Shown here in pieces: positions 14,848-29,034 of a stretch of DNA of 64,000 nucleotides; position 1 is the first letter of the stretch; each line of letters opens with the position of its first letter. The notes under the pieces were generated by a model. That model worked only from the letters and a program-made list of their open reading frames with translations. It was not told the origin of the DNA and did no database searches. Both the position numbers and the translations under genes were made by a program. Source of the DNA: Eledone cirrhosa (Eukaryota); NCBI GenBank assembly GCA_964016885.1, contig OZ024741.1:307706001-307770000 (forward strand). Reading direction: 5' to 3'.

Positions 14848-15780
14848 GTTGTTGTTGTTCTTTGAGTCTCAGTCATTGATGTTATTTAACTGGAAAGTTT
14901 GTTGAAATGAATATCAAGCCGCTACCTGCAGCCTCAGATATTCAGGACGTATCGGAGGGTTCTTGCTGTTCCCAGTAAGCATGCCTTTTGAAGTGTTCCA
15001 AAAAGCGGGGCTGGACTAATTTTCTTTAACCATCCTTGGAAACTCTTTGAGATAGTACCTAGTGCGCCTATGACAATCGGGACGACTCTGACTTCATGGC
15101 AGTTCCAAATCATTTTTACCTCCCACTTTAAGTCCTGGTATCGATTAATTTTCTCCCTCTCCTTTTCTTGCACTCTCGTGTCAAATGGGCAGGCTATATC
15201 TACAATCAGGCATGATCTTTTTTGCTTGTCCAAAACCACCAGGTCAGGCCTATTGTGTTCCAGTTTCTTGTCCGTCTGTATCCTAAAATCCCACAGCACC
15301 TTCACCTGATCGTTTTCTATCACCGACTCTGGCTTATGCTCATACCACTTCTCAGAATGTGGTAAATTGTTTACTTTGCATAGATGCCAGTGGATCACCC
15401 TGCCCATCACATCATGTCTCCAGCCTTTATAGTGAGTCTGGGCTAGGTGTTTACACTCAGATACAATGTGATGCACAGTCTCCTCTCTCTCTCCACAGAT
15501 CCTACACAGTGAGCTAGCCTCCTCCTTGTCAATATGGTGTTTCACCCACTTCGTTCTGAGGGCCTGCTCTTGCGCAGCGATTAGCATTCCTTTTGTAGCT
15601 TTTTTAAGGTCTCCTCTTTTTAACCAGTTCCATGTCTGTGGATCTCTAAATTCCGTTTTCTTAAAGAAGGTGCTATGAAGGGATTTTTCATGAAGGTTGC
15701 TCTTCCTCCTTGTTGTTATTTCCTCCTTGAACATCCCCTGGTCTATTGTCTTCTCCGTCAGTACAAGTTTGAGCATTGCT
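14846..15780 (-). mobile_element. Second, different R4/Dong-family element; 3' fragment (CCHC plus RLE)
   Basis: AAQEQALRT, CRICGEREETVHHIVSEC, WRHD, NRPDLVV..DIACP, EKINRY, PIVIGALG. The 3'UTR ends in (CAA)n(TAA)n. Confidence 0.88.
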
Positions 15781-16059
15781 CCCTATTGTCAGTCGTTATT
15801 ATTGGCGACTGACGTGTGAAGACGTGTAATTGTGCGTCCCAGTAATTTTCTGGATTTAAATTGTTTAACCCGTTATTTGTTGAATATTTTTGTTTCAAAG
15901 AGGACATGAAACATAGGATTTTGTCCTTAAGAAGGGAGACCCCCATACTATACTGGCTTTCGGCTCAAATATTTGAACTTTATTTTCACTTTTACGTCTA
16001 CAAGCGTTTAAAAAAAGTATGTTATACGCCCCTCGTCTGCGAGCCACCTGTCACGTGAC

Positions 16060-17050
16060 AGTGACTCAATGGACGAGAGTAACGCCACCACCTCCACCTC
16101 AAATGTCACCTCTGTTACCACTACCGCCACTACAGATAACATGACCACTATCACCAGCAGCAGCAATAACAAAATCAACGGAAGTAACAACAACGGCATC
16201 GAAGTCAATACCAGCAGCAGCAGCAGCAACAACTAGGCTAACGACAACAACAATAGAAAAAATATCATATTTGCAGCTACGAGTACGAAAGCCGTAGAAC
16301 TGCTTCATTTAGACTTGAGTAGGAGGGAAGAATGCTTGACTCAGGTAGCCAAATGTGTAAAAGTTGACAATACATGGACCAACATAAGTGTTCCGTCTGA
16401 GGCAGCAAATGAGAGAAAAACTCTCACATATAGATGTATTGGCACTATGTCCAAAAAGCTGAAGATGCTCCCTCCTCTTCCATTATAAGTGGAGGCAGTT
16501 CTGAAGGGTTTGCTGCCAGACATCCAACACATGGCAAGGCCCAAGCAATTTGGGAGCATCTTTGTGTACTTCAGTGACGAGATGCTTGCAAAAAAGTATT
16601 CTCTAGTCCCCTGCAAAACGGATCAATTGATTTCTTCCCCTATCATATAGAAAGAAAGACACCCAAGGTCCAAATTGCTGAGATACGGTCAGAAATAGAT
16701 ATCTGGTGGCTCATAGCATGCATAGTCGTAGGGGAAATTGATACGATCCTGGAAATAGGGAGGAGAACTTACCTGATATCAGTCACCAGATCAAACTAGC
16801 GAAGACTGAAATGAATGTTTCCAGATCTAAATCGCCTCTGGAGGCAATGATATAAAGGTAATCATTAAGGGGAAAAAGCTCTTTGTCATTATTGTGGGAC
16901 AAATGGACACGTAAGAGCTTCTTACCCTCAACAAGAGACGATGAAAGACGGGGAAACTTGCTGCCAAATCAGGAATTTAACAGCCAAAACAACGAACAAA
17001 AACAGACAGCGTTGGGTAAAAATGCTTCAGAGGAGAGAAATCAGCAACGA
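16060..17050 (+). pseudogene. Degenerate gag/ORF1-like retroelement protein with zinc knuckle
   Basis: Stitched frames read ERKTLTYRC..VEAVLKGLLPDIQHMARPKQFGSIFVYF..KYSLVPCKTDQLI..PKVQIAEIRSEIDIWWLIA, then CHYCGTNGHVRASY (CCHC-like). Homologous to 22740-23760. Confidence 0.55.
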
Positions 17051-17220
17051 GTGGTCAACAGAGAGACAATCCACAAGGTGGGGTCAGGCAGATGAAATAT
17101 AGAAAAGATTGAAAGAGGTTGGGGGGGGGGCAAGGAGAAGTGCACTGGCACACAGAAGTGACTGGAAGAAGGAAATATAGAAAGGTGATGTACAGAACAA
17201 GTTTACACACACACACACGT

Positions 17221-17315
<95 letters not shown>

Positions 17316-17644
17316 CACACACACACACATCTTCACCCTCATCAGCTCTCAAACCACCAAAATGGTTTCGCACGATTTAATTGAAAGTACCATTTCAAAA
17401 AGCTGGATCGTATAACAGAAAAATAAATCTTTCTACTGGTCTGAAATGTGTGCGATAACACAAATAGAAGGATGGATGTGCGCATCACTGTCTTTGAGAA
17501 CATTTGGATGTTTTAACGGCTGTTCTAGCGATGAGTTTTCTAATTTTTTTAATGTATTCAATCAAATACACTTCCGCTGCGTCTTGATCAGAGACAACAT
17601 TGTTTTAATATATATATATAATTATGTAATAAACAAAACAATGT

Positions 17645-17830
17645 AATTATTCCATTACCCAAGTTTTCACGAAGTCAGACGATTCTAACAGAGGCATCTG
17701 AAGTCGCTCATCAGATAGAAATGTTTAATATGGATGACATATTAAAGATTTCTATCAGATGAACGACTTCAGACACCTCTGTTAGAATCATCAGACTACT
17801 TCTTAAAACATTGGTTAATGGAATAATTAT
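17645..17830. mobile_element. Inverted repeat (~85-bp arms) with hammerhead; intact core on minus arm 17650-17720
   Basis: Minus: ttctat-CTGATGA-gcga..tcagatg/cgtctga..tcgt-GAAA-acttgggt-A|atggaa. Confidence 0.7.
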
Positions 17831-17931
17831 ATTGAGAGGTTTATTATATAATTAAATAGCTCTGTACTCTACATATAGCACTCTTCTTTCATTTACCTTT
17901 CCCCCGGAAATACTTAACATACATATATGTA

Positions 17932-18028
<97 letters not shown>

Positions 18029-18102
18029 ATAATAATGAATGTGAAGAGTAAAATCGAAAGAGGGCTCGATAAGGGTAAATATATAAGAACCCGAGAGCAA
18101 AT

Positions 18103-18197
18103 ATTTATTAAAAACAGATTAAAGTTTAAGCAAAGAATCCCGTTAAGGGTGAAAGCAGTGATTCTTTGCTTAAACTTTAATCTGTTATTTTAATAAA
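18103..18197. mobile_element. Short foldback element (family copy at 36537-36700)
   Basis: Arms ttaaagtttaagcaaagaatc / gattctttgcttaaactttaa, with gggtGAAAgcag in the loop. Confidence 0.65.
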
Positions 18198-18212
18198 TGT
18201 GTGTGTGTGTGT

Positions 18213-18285
<73 letters not shown>

Positions 18286-18576
18286 TATGTGTATGCGATT
18301 GTGTTAAAGAGACTTTCAGAAGATTCATTTACAGTGAATTTACAGATTTCACAATTTGCTGGTTTTCAAACGTTAAGTAAGATGTAAAGACAAGAAGCTG
18401 TGACGTCATTGAATAGATTTCGAAAATTCTCTTGTTTTATGGAGAGAACATGTCGCACATTGCAATTTGTTTAAGATACAATTTGATTGGTTGGGGATGA
18501 TCAAGTTATTAGGCATAGAATTCCGTTAGTTTTCCACTGACCATGCGTTAGTGTCATGTGACAAACAAGTAATATG

Positions 18577-18620
<44 letters not shown>

Positions 18621-18623
18621 CAT

Positions 18624-18725
<102 letters not shown>

Positions 18726-18745
18726 TTATATATGCATATGTGTGT

Positions 18746-19044
18746 ATCCAATAGACCAGTGTCTGTCCTTAGGGCATCAACATACGTTAACCTTGGTCTT
18801 CCTCTTCTAGTGTGTCCATGTAGGGGCTCCCAAAGGAGCACTAAGTGCAATGTCAACTCTGGATGTCGGTGAGCATGTCCAGCCAACCTCAGTCTCCTCT
18901 GTGTCACTTTTGAGCTGACTCTTGGGATGCTCCCATACAGCTCTGAGTTTTTCATTGGAGACGCAGGACATGGCAGCGATAATGAGGGACAGAGACCGCT
19001 GGAAAGAACTCGTCCATGGATCTCGGGAATTTTACCCGCCTTAG
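18746..19044 (+). mobile_element. RTE-clade LINE 3' fragment with 5' inversion
   Basis: Minus 18746-18955 encodes ..[30 protein letters not shown]. Plus 18956-19044 continues LETQDMAAIMRDRDRWKEL..FYPP*. Confidence 0.85.
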
Positions 19045-19142
19045 AATATGTGTGTATTATTCATTTATTTCTCTAGCCTTTTTAAACACAACAGCTTAGA
19101 CATACTAGAGTATCGTCTTCCTCGCCTTCTCTGAAGTTAGCA

Positions 19143-19214
<72 letters not shown>

Positions 19215-19355
19215 ATCATATTAAAAGGTATCTATTTTTGAAGTTCTAATCAACTTTATTTTGTTACCTACCTAGCTATGCGTGGTTACACGCTTGTAAT
19301 AATTATCTGCTGTGATTATTCATGTTTATATATATGTTAATCAATTTCTAGTTAT

Positions 19356-19410
<55 letters not shown>

Positions 19411-19603
19411 AGGTATATGTGTATGTGAATATGTGTATGTATCTGTGTTAGTATGTAAAAAAATCACTCACACACACACACACGCACAGAGAGAAACATA
19501 CGAATATTTACATACACATACATCACCGGAAAACATCATTCATAATATTAAGATCGACAGAGACAGATAGATAAACAGATAGACATGCGTAATCTCATAG
19601 ATT

Positions 19604-19742
<139 letters not shown>

Positions 19743-20179
19743 TAGAGAGAGAAGGGGGAGAAAGCGAGAAAGAGATATGTGAGATAGTGATAGAGAGCGT
19801 GTGAAAGAGGTGAGGGGGAAGGAATGTAAGTAAAAGAATGAAAATGAAAGAGAGCAGCAGATACAGATAGATAATGAGAGAGAGGGTGTGAGAGTGAAAA
19901 GGAGAGAATGAGCATGAGAGAGAAGCAGAGGGAGAGAAAGTGAGAGAGTAAGAAAGAGAGAAATGTCTAGAGTATGAGGCAATGAAATAATCCAGCCATT
20001 GCATGTGTAAATGTCATATAATAGAAATAGATGAAACAGGCTGACGTCTGAACTTATTTCTCGGCAGCCATTACCTTAGACAACAGCAGATGAGTGGCGG
20101 TGGAAAGAAAGGCGTTTCAGCGCATTTAGAGTTATCATCATCATCGTCATCGTCGTTGTCGTCCGTATTTAGGAGTAGT

Positions 20180-20320
20180 AATAATTGTTTCTATTTTAGG
20201 CACAAGGCCAGCAATTACTCAGTATATTACTCGTACTTTATTTTATCGACCCCGTAAGGATGAAAGGCAAAGTTAACCTCGGCGGGATTTGAACTCAGAA
20301 CGTAAAGGGTCGTAACTCTA
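20180..20320 (-). mobile_element. Nin-domain SINE
   Basis: Reverse complement of gagttcaaatcccgccgaggttaactttgcctttcatccttacggggtcgataaaataaagtac. Confidence 0.8.
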
Positions 20321-20322
20321 TG

Positions 20323-20366
<44 letters not shown>

Positions 20367-20445
20367 ATAAATTAACGGAGCCATAGACTCTCGTTATTCC
20401 CTGTCAATAATGGGCTCAAAGGAAAAGGAATCCTGAGCTCTTTAA

Positions 20446-20570
20446 AATACAATATGTTGAAAAGGTAACACACTAGAGAGATATAGTGCGCCATCAATAA
20501 AACAGGGAAAACCACTGTTTTATTGATGGCACACTATCTCTCTCTAGTGTGTTACGTTTTCAACATATTG
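20446..20570. repeat. Inverted repeat (~55-bp arms) in a TA-flanked insert
   Basis: caatatgttgaaaag..aataaaacag / ctgttttattg..ttttcaacatattg. Confidence 0.8.
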
Positions 20571-20652
20571 TGTATATATATATATATATATTAATACCAT
20601 ATCATTTGTACTGCCTCTCTGTTTTTTGTTCTCTGTCTATTTATTAAACTAT

Positions 20653-20714
<62 letters not shown>

Positions 20715-20805
20715 CAAGATGTCAACAAGAAAGATGTCAACAAGAAAGACATTTTTTCCAATTCCATCCCGTCCGTCCCCTTAATCTATTTTATTTCTCA
20801 TTCTT

Positions 20806-20841
20806 TCTTCTGATGAAGGACTAGCGTCCGAAACGTTAAGA
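20806..20841 (+). ncRNA. Minimal hammerhead ribozyme (dimeric type) in TA-flanked element 20712-20930
   Basis: TCTT-CTGATGA-a-GGAC tagc GTCC-GAAA-ACGT palindrome-T|AAGA. Second family copy on minus at ~34945-35070. Confidence 0.8.
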
Positions 20842-20925
20842 CCCGCTTCTTGCTATATCAAGCGTTAACCTAATATATACCTTCCATATACTGTACCGAT
20901 TGTGTTGTTATTTCTATTTACCTTT

Positions 20926-20984
<59 letters not shown>

Positions 20985-20988
<4 letters not shown>

Positions 20989-21178
20989 CGAAGGAAATGT
21001 GGTAAGGAACCAGGTGGACCATAACGCACCAAAGTACTCAATACTTGAGGTAGTAGAGTGGGTAATAGGAACCAGTAAGACCCCGACAGCTGAGCTCAAG
21101 CCGTTTCGACGGCTAATTCTGGTCCAGAATTAGCCGTCAAAACGGCTTGAGCTCAGCTGTCGGGGTCTTACTGGTTCC

Positions 21179-21180
<2 letters not shown>
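20985..21180 (-). mobile_element. TA-inserted foldback element (family of 5722-5915)
   Basis: Near-perfect palindrome 21065-21180; shared body sequence. Confidence 0.75.
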
Positions 21181-21274
<94 letters not shown>

Positions 21275-21539
21275 ATTCTTCAATTATTGGTGGGTGGTTC
21301 CAATAAGAATTCTTGCCCATATGAAACGATGGTAGGGAGATCTATATATCAGTGAATTCGAGCTAACTGTTCAGTTCATTCAGTTTCGATATTTATTACC
21401 GGGTATGGCATTTTAAACCTGCGAAACAAGTCCACAGATCGTGCAAGGGTGAAGATTACTTGATATTGTTGTTAGTGTATTTGCTAATGCTTTTCTCCTC
21501 CCTCTTGCTTCTTGTAGCTTATAGATACAATTGAACTCG

Positions 21540-21760
21540 AAGTTCCTGGTCTCAATGTGATATATATATATCTCCAATTCTCCCTCTGCACGGCCATGTC
21601 CTCAAATATCTCATAAGATATATTGGTTGCTGCAAGATGACACTTCAACTTGTCTTTGTAATTGAGCCATTGCCGTTCAAAATTTCTATATCCACAGCCA
21701 AGAGCTCACAAGTCTTTATATTAACTTTATCACCCCAGTACTTCGTACATTTTCAATGAA
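21540..21760 (-). mobile_element. Old RTE-like LINE 3' fragment
   Basis: Minus translation ELGCGYRNFERQWLNYKDKLKCHL resembles the RTE ELxxGxRxxGRQxxRYKDxLK motif. Confidence 0.4.
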
Positions 21761-22184
21761 TATCAGTCACGTACACGTTAACTTCATGACTGTGTTGTTC
21801 CGTTGCAAAGGCAGTCCATTTCTATAACCTTAATAAAAAATATCTCTAACGCGTCATTGATATATCTTATTGAACACCACTACCATGAATGTATCACGTA
21901 TTTAAATAAGTGTATTCTGTTTAATATAGCGGTAAATAATAGTGTATTTAAATACAAATTCGCAGTGTTCAGTTAACCATAAGCAACGCAATAGCTGATA
22001 AGAACATAAGAACACTTGAAACCGTAGTCTAACCGATCGTACTCTGTTCACGGGGAAGTTATATAAACAAAAAAGCGGCTGTTTTCTGTTGTCTAATGTA
22101 TCTAATTAACTTTAATTAGTTTACACATACAGATATGTCTAATATCTGTAAAATCTTTCATTGGAGTTTAGACATCATTAATTA

Positions 22185-22545
22185 TGAGGGTCGGACGCCA
22201 TGCTTTCCAGTATAGTTACGTCCCTTTACGATCTGAGTTCAAATCCCGCCGAGGATTGACTTTGCCTTTCATCCTTACGGGGTCGATAAAATAAAGTACC
22301 AGTAATGCACTTGGTAGTTGCTGGCCTTGTGCCTAAAGTAGAAACAATTAATTATGCGGTGAATTGGCAGTATCGGTAGAGGGTCGGACGCGATGCTTTG
22401 ATGCATAGAGTTACAGCCCTTGCCATTCTGAGTTCAAATACCGCCGAGGTTAACTTTGCCTTTCATCCTTACGGGGTCGATAAAATAAAGTACCAGTAAT
22501 GTACTGGGTGATTTGCTGGCCTTCTGCCAATAGTAGAAACAATTA
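22185..22545 (+). mobile_element. Two tandem Nin-domain SINEs
   Basis: Two successive copies of the B-box (gagttcaaat), Nin core and gctggccttgtgcc tail. Confidence 0.85.
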
Positions 22546-22739
22546 ATTATGTAGTAGTATATGTATGTATGATTGTATGTATGTATGTATGTATATGTAT
22601 GTATGTATGTATATATATATGCATGTATGTATGTATGTATGTGTGTTCTTTCTCTCTATTGATTTTAAGTTTATTTTTGAGCGGCCACCTTCCCGGCGGC
22701 AAGGTTGTAAAGAAAATGAAATTGTGTGAGCGTTCATCT

Positions 22740-23760
22740 TTTGCCTCGTAAGACTGTTTTACAGACTCATAAGGACCGCTTCAACTACCCAGGGAATAGC
22801 TATTTTTGGCGGCACCTGTATCACTCTAATTTGTGTCAGTCTTTGTTCACAGTACGTCGGCAGCAGAGTGATTTTTTCACTCTTGAGTGGTGTCAGGGAA
22901 TGTCTCAAAGAATGTGGTGTGAGGGAATGTCTCAAAGAATGCGTCCACCGTCCCAAATCCCCTGCCTCAGTCGATATGGATTTTGCGTTCCCACACACAA
23001 ATCAAAGCCTTTTGGATATAGGACACGGGGGTTCGCTCCGCCCGGCGTAACTTCATTCCAATTGTACGGTATGTTACTGTAGAATGTCGCATGTTTTTCA
23101 GCACGTCGGATGGAGGTGTGTGGCTGACTCTGCAGCTCCGCCATTTTGTTTGACCTCTCTCATTTTCTTTTACGAGTATGATTTCTGAAGTTCTTGTTCC
23201 TGTGAAGGAAACGGGATTCTTCTGTGTTGTGTTGGGAGGGGGGGGGTCACACAGGCGTCTCTATTTTTGTTGCTGTTGTTGTTGTTGTTGTTGTTATTCT
23301 TATTGTCACTGTTTTTGTTTTTGTTATTGTTACTGTTGTTGTTATTCTTTTTGTTACTGTTGTTTTTGTTATTGTTATTGTTACTGTTGTTGTTGTTATT
23401 CTTTTTGTTACTGTTGTTGTTGTTATTGTTATTCTTGTTGTTGCTATTGACACTTTTGTTGTCATTCTTGTCTGTGTTACTGTTATTTTCGTTGTTTGCT
23501 TCTGTTAGATTTATTGTTGTATCGTTGGAAGTGTTGTTGTTATTGCTATTGTTGTTTTGGTTAGCGTTGTCCATGTTATTATTTGTTGTGTTCTCGCGGT
23601 TGTCTGTGTTGGTTTTAATTTTGCTTTTTTTGTTTTCAGTTGTTGTGGTTATGGTGGTGTTAGTGGTGTTAGTGGTGTTTGTGTGTTTTCCGTCGTTGTG
23701 TGCTGGTGTCGTTCACATAGGTAAGCATTGGCAGAGGTGGAAAGTCTATTTCGTCAGTAG
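22740..23760 (-). pseudogene. Degenerate gag/ORF1-like protein with (AAC)n-rich N-terminal region
   Basis: DFPPLPM..; RAEKHATFYS..; RHSLTPLKSEKITLLPTYCEQRLTQIRVIQVPPKIAIPWVVEAVL aligns by eye with 16400-16730. Confidence 0.5.
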
Positions 23761-23809
23761 TTTCTGCATTAGATAAATATTTAGTTTTCATTCTTATTAT
23801 TGTTGTCAG

Positions 23810-24022
23810 CAACATTGGCAATATCGGTAGATGGTTAGACACTATGCTTTGCAGCATAGAGTTACGCCGCTTTACGGTCTGAGTTCAAATCCCACCGAGG
23901 TTAACTTTGCCTTTCATCCTTACGGGGTCGATAAAATAAAGTACCAGTATGGTACTGAGGTCGACTTTATCGACTTTCCCCTCCCCCAAATTACTGGCCT
24001 TGTGCCTATACTAGAAATCATT
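23810..24022 (+). mobile_element. Nin-domain SINE
   Basis: Full head, core and tail. Confidence 0.85.
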
Positions 24023-24445
24023 ATTGTTGTCAGCAACGCTGCATATGGTGGTAACACTGTTAATGTTGTTGTTGGGGGTGGTATCACTCCTCAAAAGTTC
24101 AAATATTTGGGCCGAGAGCCCAAATATCATGAAGTCTCCTTTCCTCAGGGTCAAGACGGGTATTTATGGCCGTTTATCAACAAATCTTTTTAACAAAATA
24201 CCAATTTAAACAACTTAAACCCACCACCACATTGGATCTCAGAGTCGTGCACGTTCGTCGTCAATAATAATAATTGTTTCTACTTTCCCATTGCATTACT
24301 GGTACTTTATTTTATCGACACCCTAAGGATGAAGGGCTAAATGAGCCACATATTGGCTGGTGTAGTGTTTGTGTCACGTCATCATTCTTCATAAAGAGAT
24401 AATACCACTATTACATTGGAATTTGTAATCCTCAATACATTATAT

Positions 24446-24497
<52 letters not shown>

Positions 24498-24836
24498 GAG
24501 CGTGCGTGTGTGTGTGTATGTTTGTGGATATGGATGTGTATGTAATAAATGTATAAACATGTGTGTGTTCACTTGAAATCAGTTTAGCCTGGTAAGAATA
24601 TTTGTATATATTAATCAAACAATGCGCTACCAACACACCACACCACACTACACCACCACCAGCACTACTACCGTCAAACCATCTCACCATCAAATACAGA
24701 TTTCCCTATACAAATAAAAAAAAATCACCAAAAGAGAATATGTATGATATATATATATATATATACAAACTACATATATATAAATATATACACTATATAT
24801 GTGTGTGTATGTTTATGTGTATGGCTGTGTGTATGC

Positions 24837-24901
<65 letters not shown>

Positions 24902-25203
24902 TATATAAGTAAACATAACATAAGAGTGCCATAAAGGAAGATATGTAATAAGAAAGATATAAATGTAAGGTAAGGTGACATGTCCATATCTCCATAGTAT
25001 AAAACTATCCTTTGGTTCTGTTAAGGACAAAAGAAATATGGCAGCAGCATCAACGGCTCTTTACAAGGACAATAATAGGGAAATTGACTGGGTAAACTAT
25101 ATAACTGATCAGATATATATTGTCTATGAGCAACAATCAGAGAGGAATATAGAGAGAACAAATGTGTATGTTTGTGTATGTAACCCCTTCTCTCTCTCAA
25201 ACT

Positions 25204-25253
<50 letters not shown>

Positions 25254-25299
25254 GGATATAAATCGAAGTTGTATCTGCTATATATATATGAGAGAGACA

Positions 25300-25375
<76 letters not shown>

Positions 25376-25838
25376 TTCAGAGGGACAACATGTTTGGTGG
25401 ATGGGAGAAGTGAGATAGACGAAAACGTGTGTGTGGCAGCTGAATGATGCTTGCGCATCTGTCACAAAATGAAACATCTAAAGGGAATGATAAAATAAAA
25501 AGTGATTGAAGTGTATTTGTTTGTTTATTTATAACTACATTTTTTTTTAGAAAGATAAGCGATATGTCAGGTTTTTTACGTGTGCAAGCTATATTTGTAA
25601 AATGTATAACAAATAAAAAATTGACACGAGAATAATGACCGCATACACTAGTTTGATTCCTTTCGTCAGTGAATTTGTTTACACACATATATATGAACAA
25701 GCAGGTATATATATATAAAGAGAGAGAGAGAGAGAGAGAGAGAGACATGCACACAGAGAGAGATATTTGTACACACACACATATATATCTGGACATATAC
25801 ATATATGTATATATACATACGTACATATATATATATAA

Positions 25839-28390
25839 CTTCTTCACCCACTTATTCTTGGAAGGAGCGTAGGGCTGGATTCTTCAAATACGCCTTCCAG
25901 CCAATACTTTCAGCAGCAACCGTCACCAATTGTTCCGGAGGGAGCCCCAAGCGAGACCAACTAAGCTCATAGATGTTATCTAACTATTTTGCTCGCGGGC
26001 TCTACACCTGGGTTTTCTGCCAATTGGTTTGGCCCGTAAAATATCTCCAGCGATTCTCCGTAGTATCGGAGCTGTGATCTTTCAATCCGGTGAAGTAGCA
26101 GCTCTACTTTGAGCGACTTTCTGATCGCCAAACTCTTCGGGGGAACCTCATTTCTGCCGCTTGCTTTCGTGATCGTATTACCCAAAATTCATGGCTTTTA
26201 CACTTACCTCCCTTCTTCTGGTGGCCGAATGTTGAAGCTGGCGCATTCCTGTACCAGCTCCTGAAATAGTTGCATTTACTTCAGCCTCCTACATTCTATC
26301 GCTCGTGAATACGGCCCCATGATACGTGAACTTCAACTTGTTTCAGTGGAACCCCACTCACATGTAGACTGCACTGCGCAAGTTTCCTTGAGAGAAGAAA
26401 TATCTCAATCTTCGCAGCAGTACTTTTTATTCCAGTCGTTCAGGTTTCATTATGAAACCTAGCAAGTGCATGTCGGAGATCATTTTCTTTCGAGTTAAGT
26501 AATTCTATGTCGCCTGCAAATTCCAGCCGAGATCCAACACCCATCAGTAGTGATACCAACTCAACCCCGGCTGTGCATGACGATTATGAACATAGGAGGT
26601 GACATTACGCTCCTTTTGGAGTCCGAATCCCACATTGAATAATTTCGATTTTGCACCAGTGATCCGAATTCAAATGCTAAGGCATTCCTATAGAAACGAC
26701 AGAGCAGCAAGAAGCTTTCTATTGATACCATGCTCATGCAGAACTTTCCAAAGCCGGTCCAGTGGAATGCGGTCGTATGCCTTTTCGATATATACAAAGC
26801 AAGCATATACCTATAGACAGTACACCCACGATTTCTCATAGACCTGTCACAGTGTAATTATTCGGTTGGCTCCGTTGCAGACGGAGCGAAAACCACACTA
26901 TTCATCAGTTAGCTTCGACTCGACAATCTCCCTCCCGTAGCATAGACTCCGGGAAGGCTTAACAAGGAAATTCCTCTATAATTGTAGCAATCTCTCTTGT
27001 CATCCATTTTGAAAATTGGGATTATCACACTCGATTGTCACAGCTTAGGTGACTTTCCTGAGATTCAGGCCACCAGGCACACACAAGTCAGCCAGAGATT
27101 AGCTTCTCTATTTAAGGCGTTTAAGATCTCGGGCGGAATTTCATCTTCCCAGCGACTTTGCGAGATTTAAGCTCTTTAATTGCTCTTGTGATCACAGCCT
27201 CCGAGACATTAGTTATCAGTTGACAGTTCAGCTCCTCTCTTAACGTGAACATCCAGCACAGAATTGAAGTGATCAGAGACAATAAAAAAATTCAATTAGT
27301 GATCTCTGTTCCTGACCCCCCCCCCCCCTTTACTATGTATATTTATGGATGTATTTATGCTGGAGGAAGTTGTTCATTATAGGGCCCATTATTAGGGCAG
27401 AAGTCAAATAAGGCCTCTCCTTTTGTATTTAGATCGAAATTGCTGTTCCTTCCAATCATGAATTTCCATGTCAGGTGGTCAGTGCCAATATGCGCATTGT
27501 AGGGTCCCATTAGGAGATATGACTCAATCATAGCTACATCTAACGCTGCAGTGACTTCATCAGAGAAGGATCTGTATTCAGATTCTTTGTTTGGTTCATA
27601 AAGTTGCACTACCCACAGAGACATATCTTTCAGCTTAAGCTTCAAGAAGTAATGGGATCCATCCACAACACATTCTGACAGCTGCGGGATTGTGAGTATC
27701 CACACACTTCCTAGTATTTCTTGCGCCACGTCTGAATAGTGGAGTTTCTATCCTCCGTCAAAACATACAATACCTGAGTCACGGAAATGTGTAGAGGAAA
27801 GAACGACTATATCTAGCTAGTAGCATCTACCCTTATTCCCTAGTTACACATCCTTGTCTCTAAGGATTGTAACATTTCAGTTACTAATTTTCAAGGTTAT
27901 CCCCCTTCTGAGCCTCCTTGGAGTCTCAGGATATGCAACCTTTGTGCTCCACCCCACGCCTCCAAGATAGGTCGCAGTCTTATCGCCAGTTCTGGGAGGA
28001 GAGGGAGACCGCATTACATGTTTTGAGCAGGTCTTTTACCTAAGGCCTCGATGCGTCCCTTGTTAACTCGCGTGAAGGATGCGGCGGCATGACTGTTTTT
28101 TTATGTCTTTAACCATATTGCAGGTTTTGGCGGTCTTGTTCAATCTGGTCCTTTTAACAGACCCGCGAAGACAAGTTGTAGTTACATCACTGTGTTGTGA
28201 AAGTTTTCTAGGGAGCTGAAGCTGTCACCCCTTTTCCCACCTCCTCTAGTTGTTTATCGCTGTTGCTCTGGAACTGCTTATTCGTCTGGAAGTAGCCCAC
28301 TTATATCGCAACTGACCATATCTGGTGGCTGTATCGCTATCCGCCACCTGTGACCCATTCCTTAGCAGAACAGCTCTACCTACGGAGAAT
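25839..28390 (-). mobile_element. Near full-length degenerate RTE-clade LINE (Expander/Rex3-like; APE plus RT)
   Basis: APE relic (YEPN..LLMGPYNAHIG..IGRN..GEALFDFC at 27355-27729), RT fragments, KVELLLHRIERSQLRY near the 3' end; many stops and deletions. Confidence 0.75.
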
Positions 28391-28392
28391 GA

Positions 28393-28437
<45 letters not shown>

Positions 28438-28574
28438 GTTTTGGTTATTTGTTGGAGATTCCTTCATAGAAGCCTCATTCGTATAGCCTGGTCTATTCGA
28501 TTTTTTATATGATTATGCTAATTGGAAGAGGAAATAGTATATATTTTATCTTGTGATTCTATAGACATGTTTTA

Positions 28575-28652
<78 letters not shown>

Positions 28653-28654
28653 AT

Positions 28655-28757
28655 AATACAAGTGGTTACACCTTCATTACGTTTATTGGTTGGTGAGGCG
28701 CGTTTCGCTACTGACCAGCTCAAGGTTCGATCTGTATCGATCTGGCCCGACCCTGGA
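28655..28757 (-). mobile_element. TA-flanked hammerhead-bearing element, partial (family copy at 32126-32260)
   Basis: Shares gggccagatcgatacagatcgaac..GAAACGCGC..caataaacgtaatgaagg. Confidence 0.7.
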
Positions 28758-28824
28758 ATATATATATATACCGAGACAAATAGATGGAGAGAGATTTCGA
28801 TTTTTCGATACTCGATTATTCTAC

Positions 28825-28947
<123 letters not shown>

Positions 28948-29034
28948 AATGAGTTATTTAATTTGCTGATTATTCAACAAGTTTAATCTATGACATTAGA
29001 AGCACCCAACAAAATTCTTCTGGAGTATAATATG

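Noticed and set aside
14753-14876. N-terminal MTETQR..poly-Ile of the 851-aa ORF
   Set aside because: Read-through of the neighbouring element's 3'UTR and the (TAA)n target; the element is 5'-truncated at ~14752.
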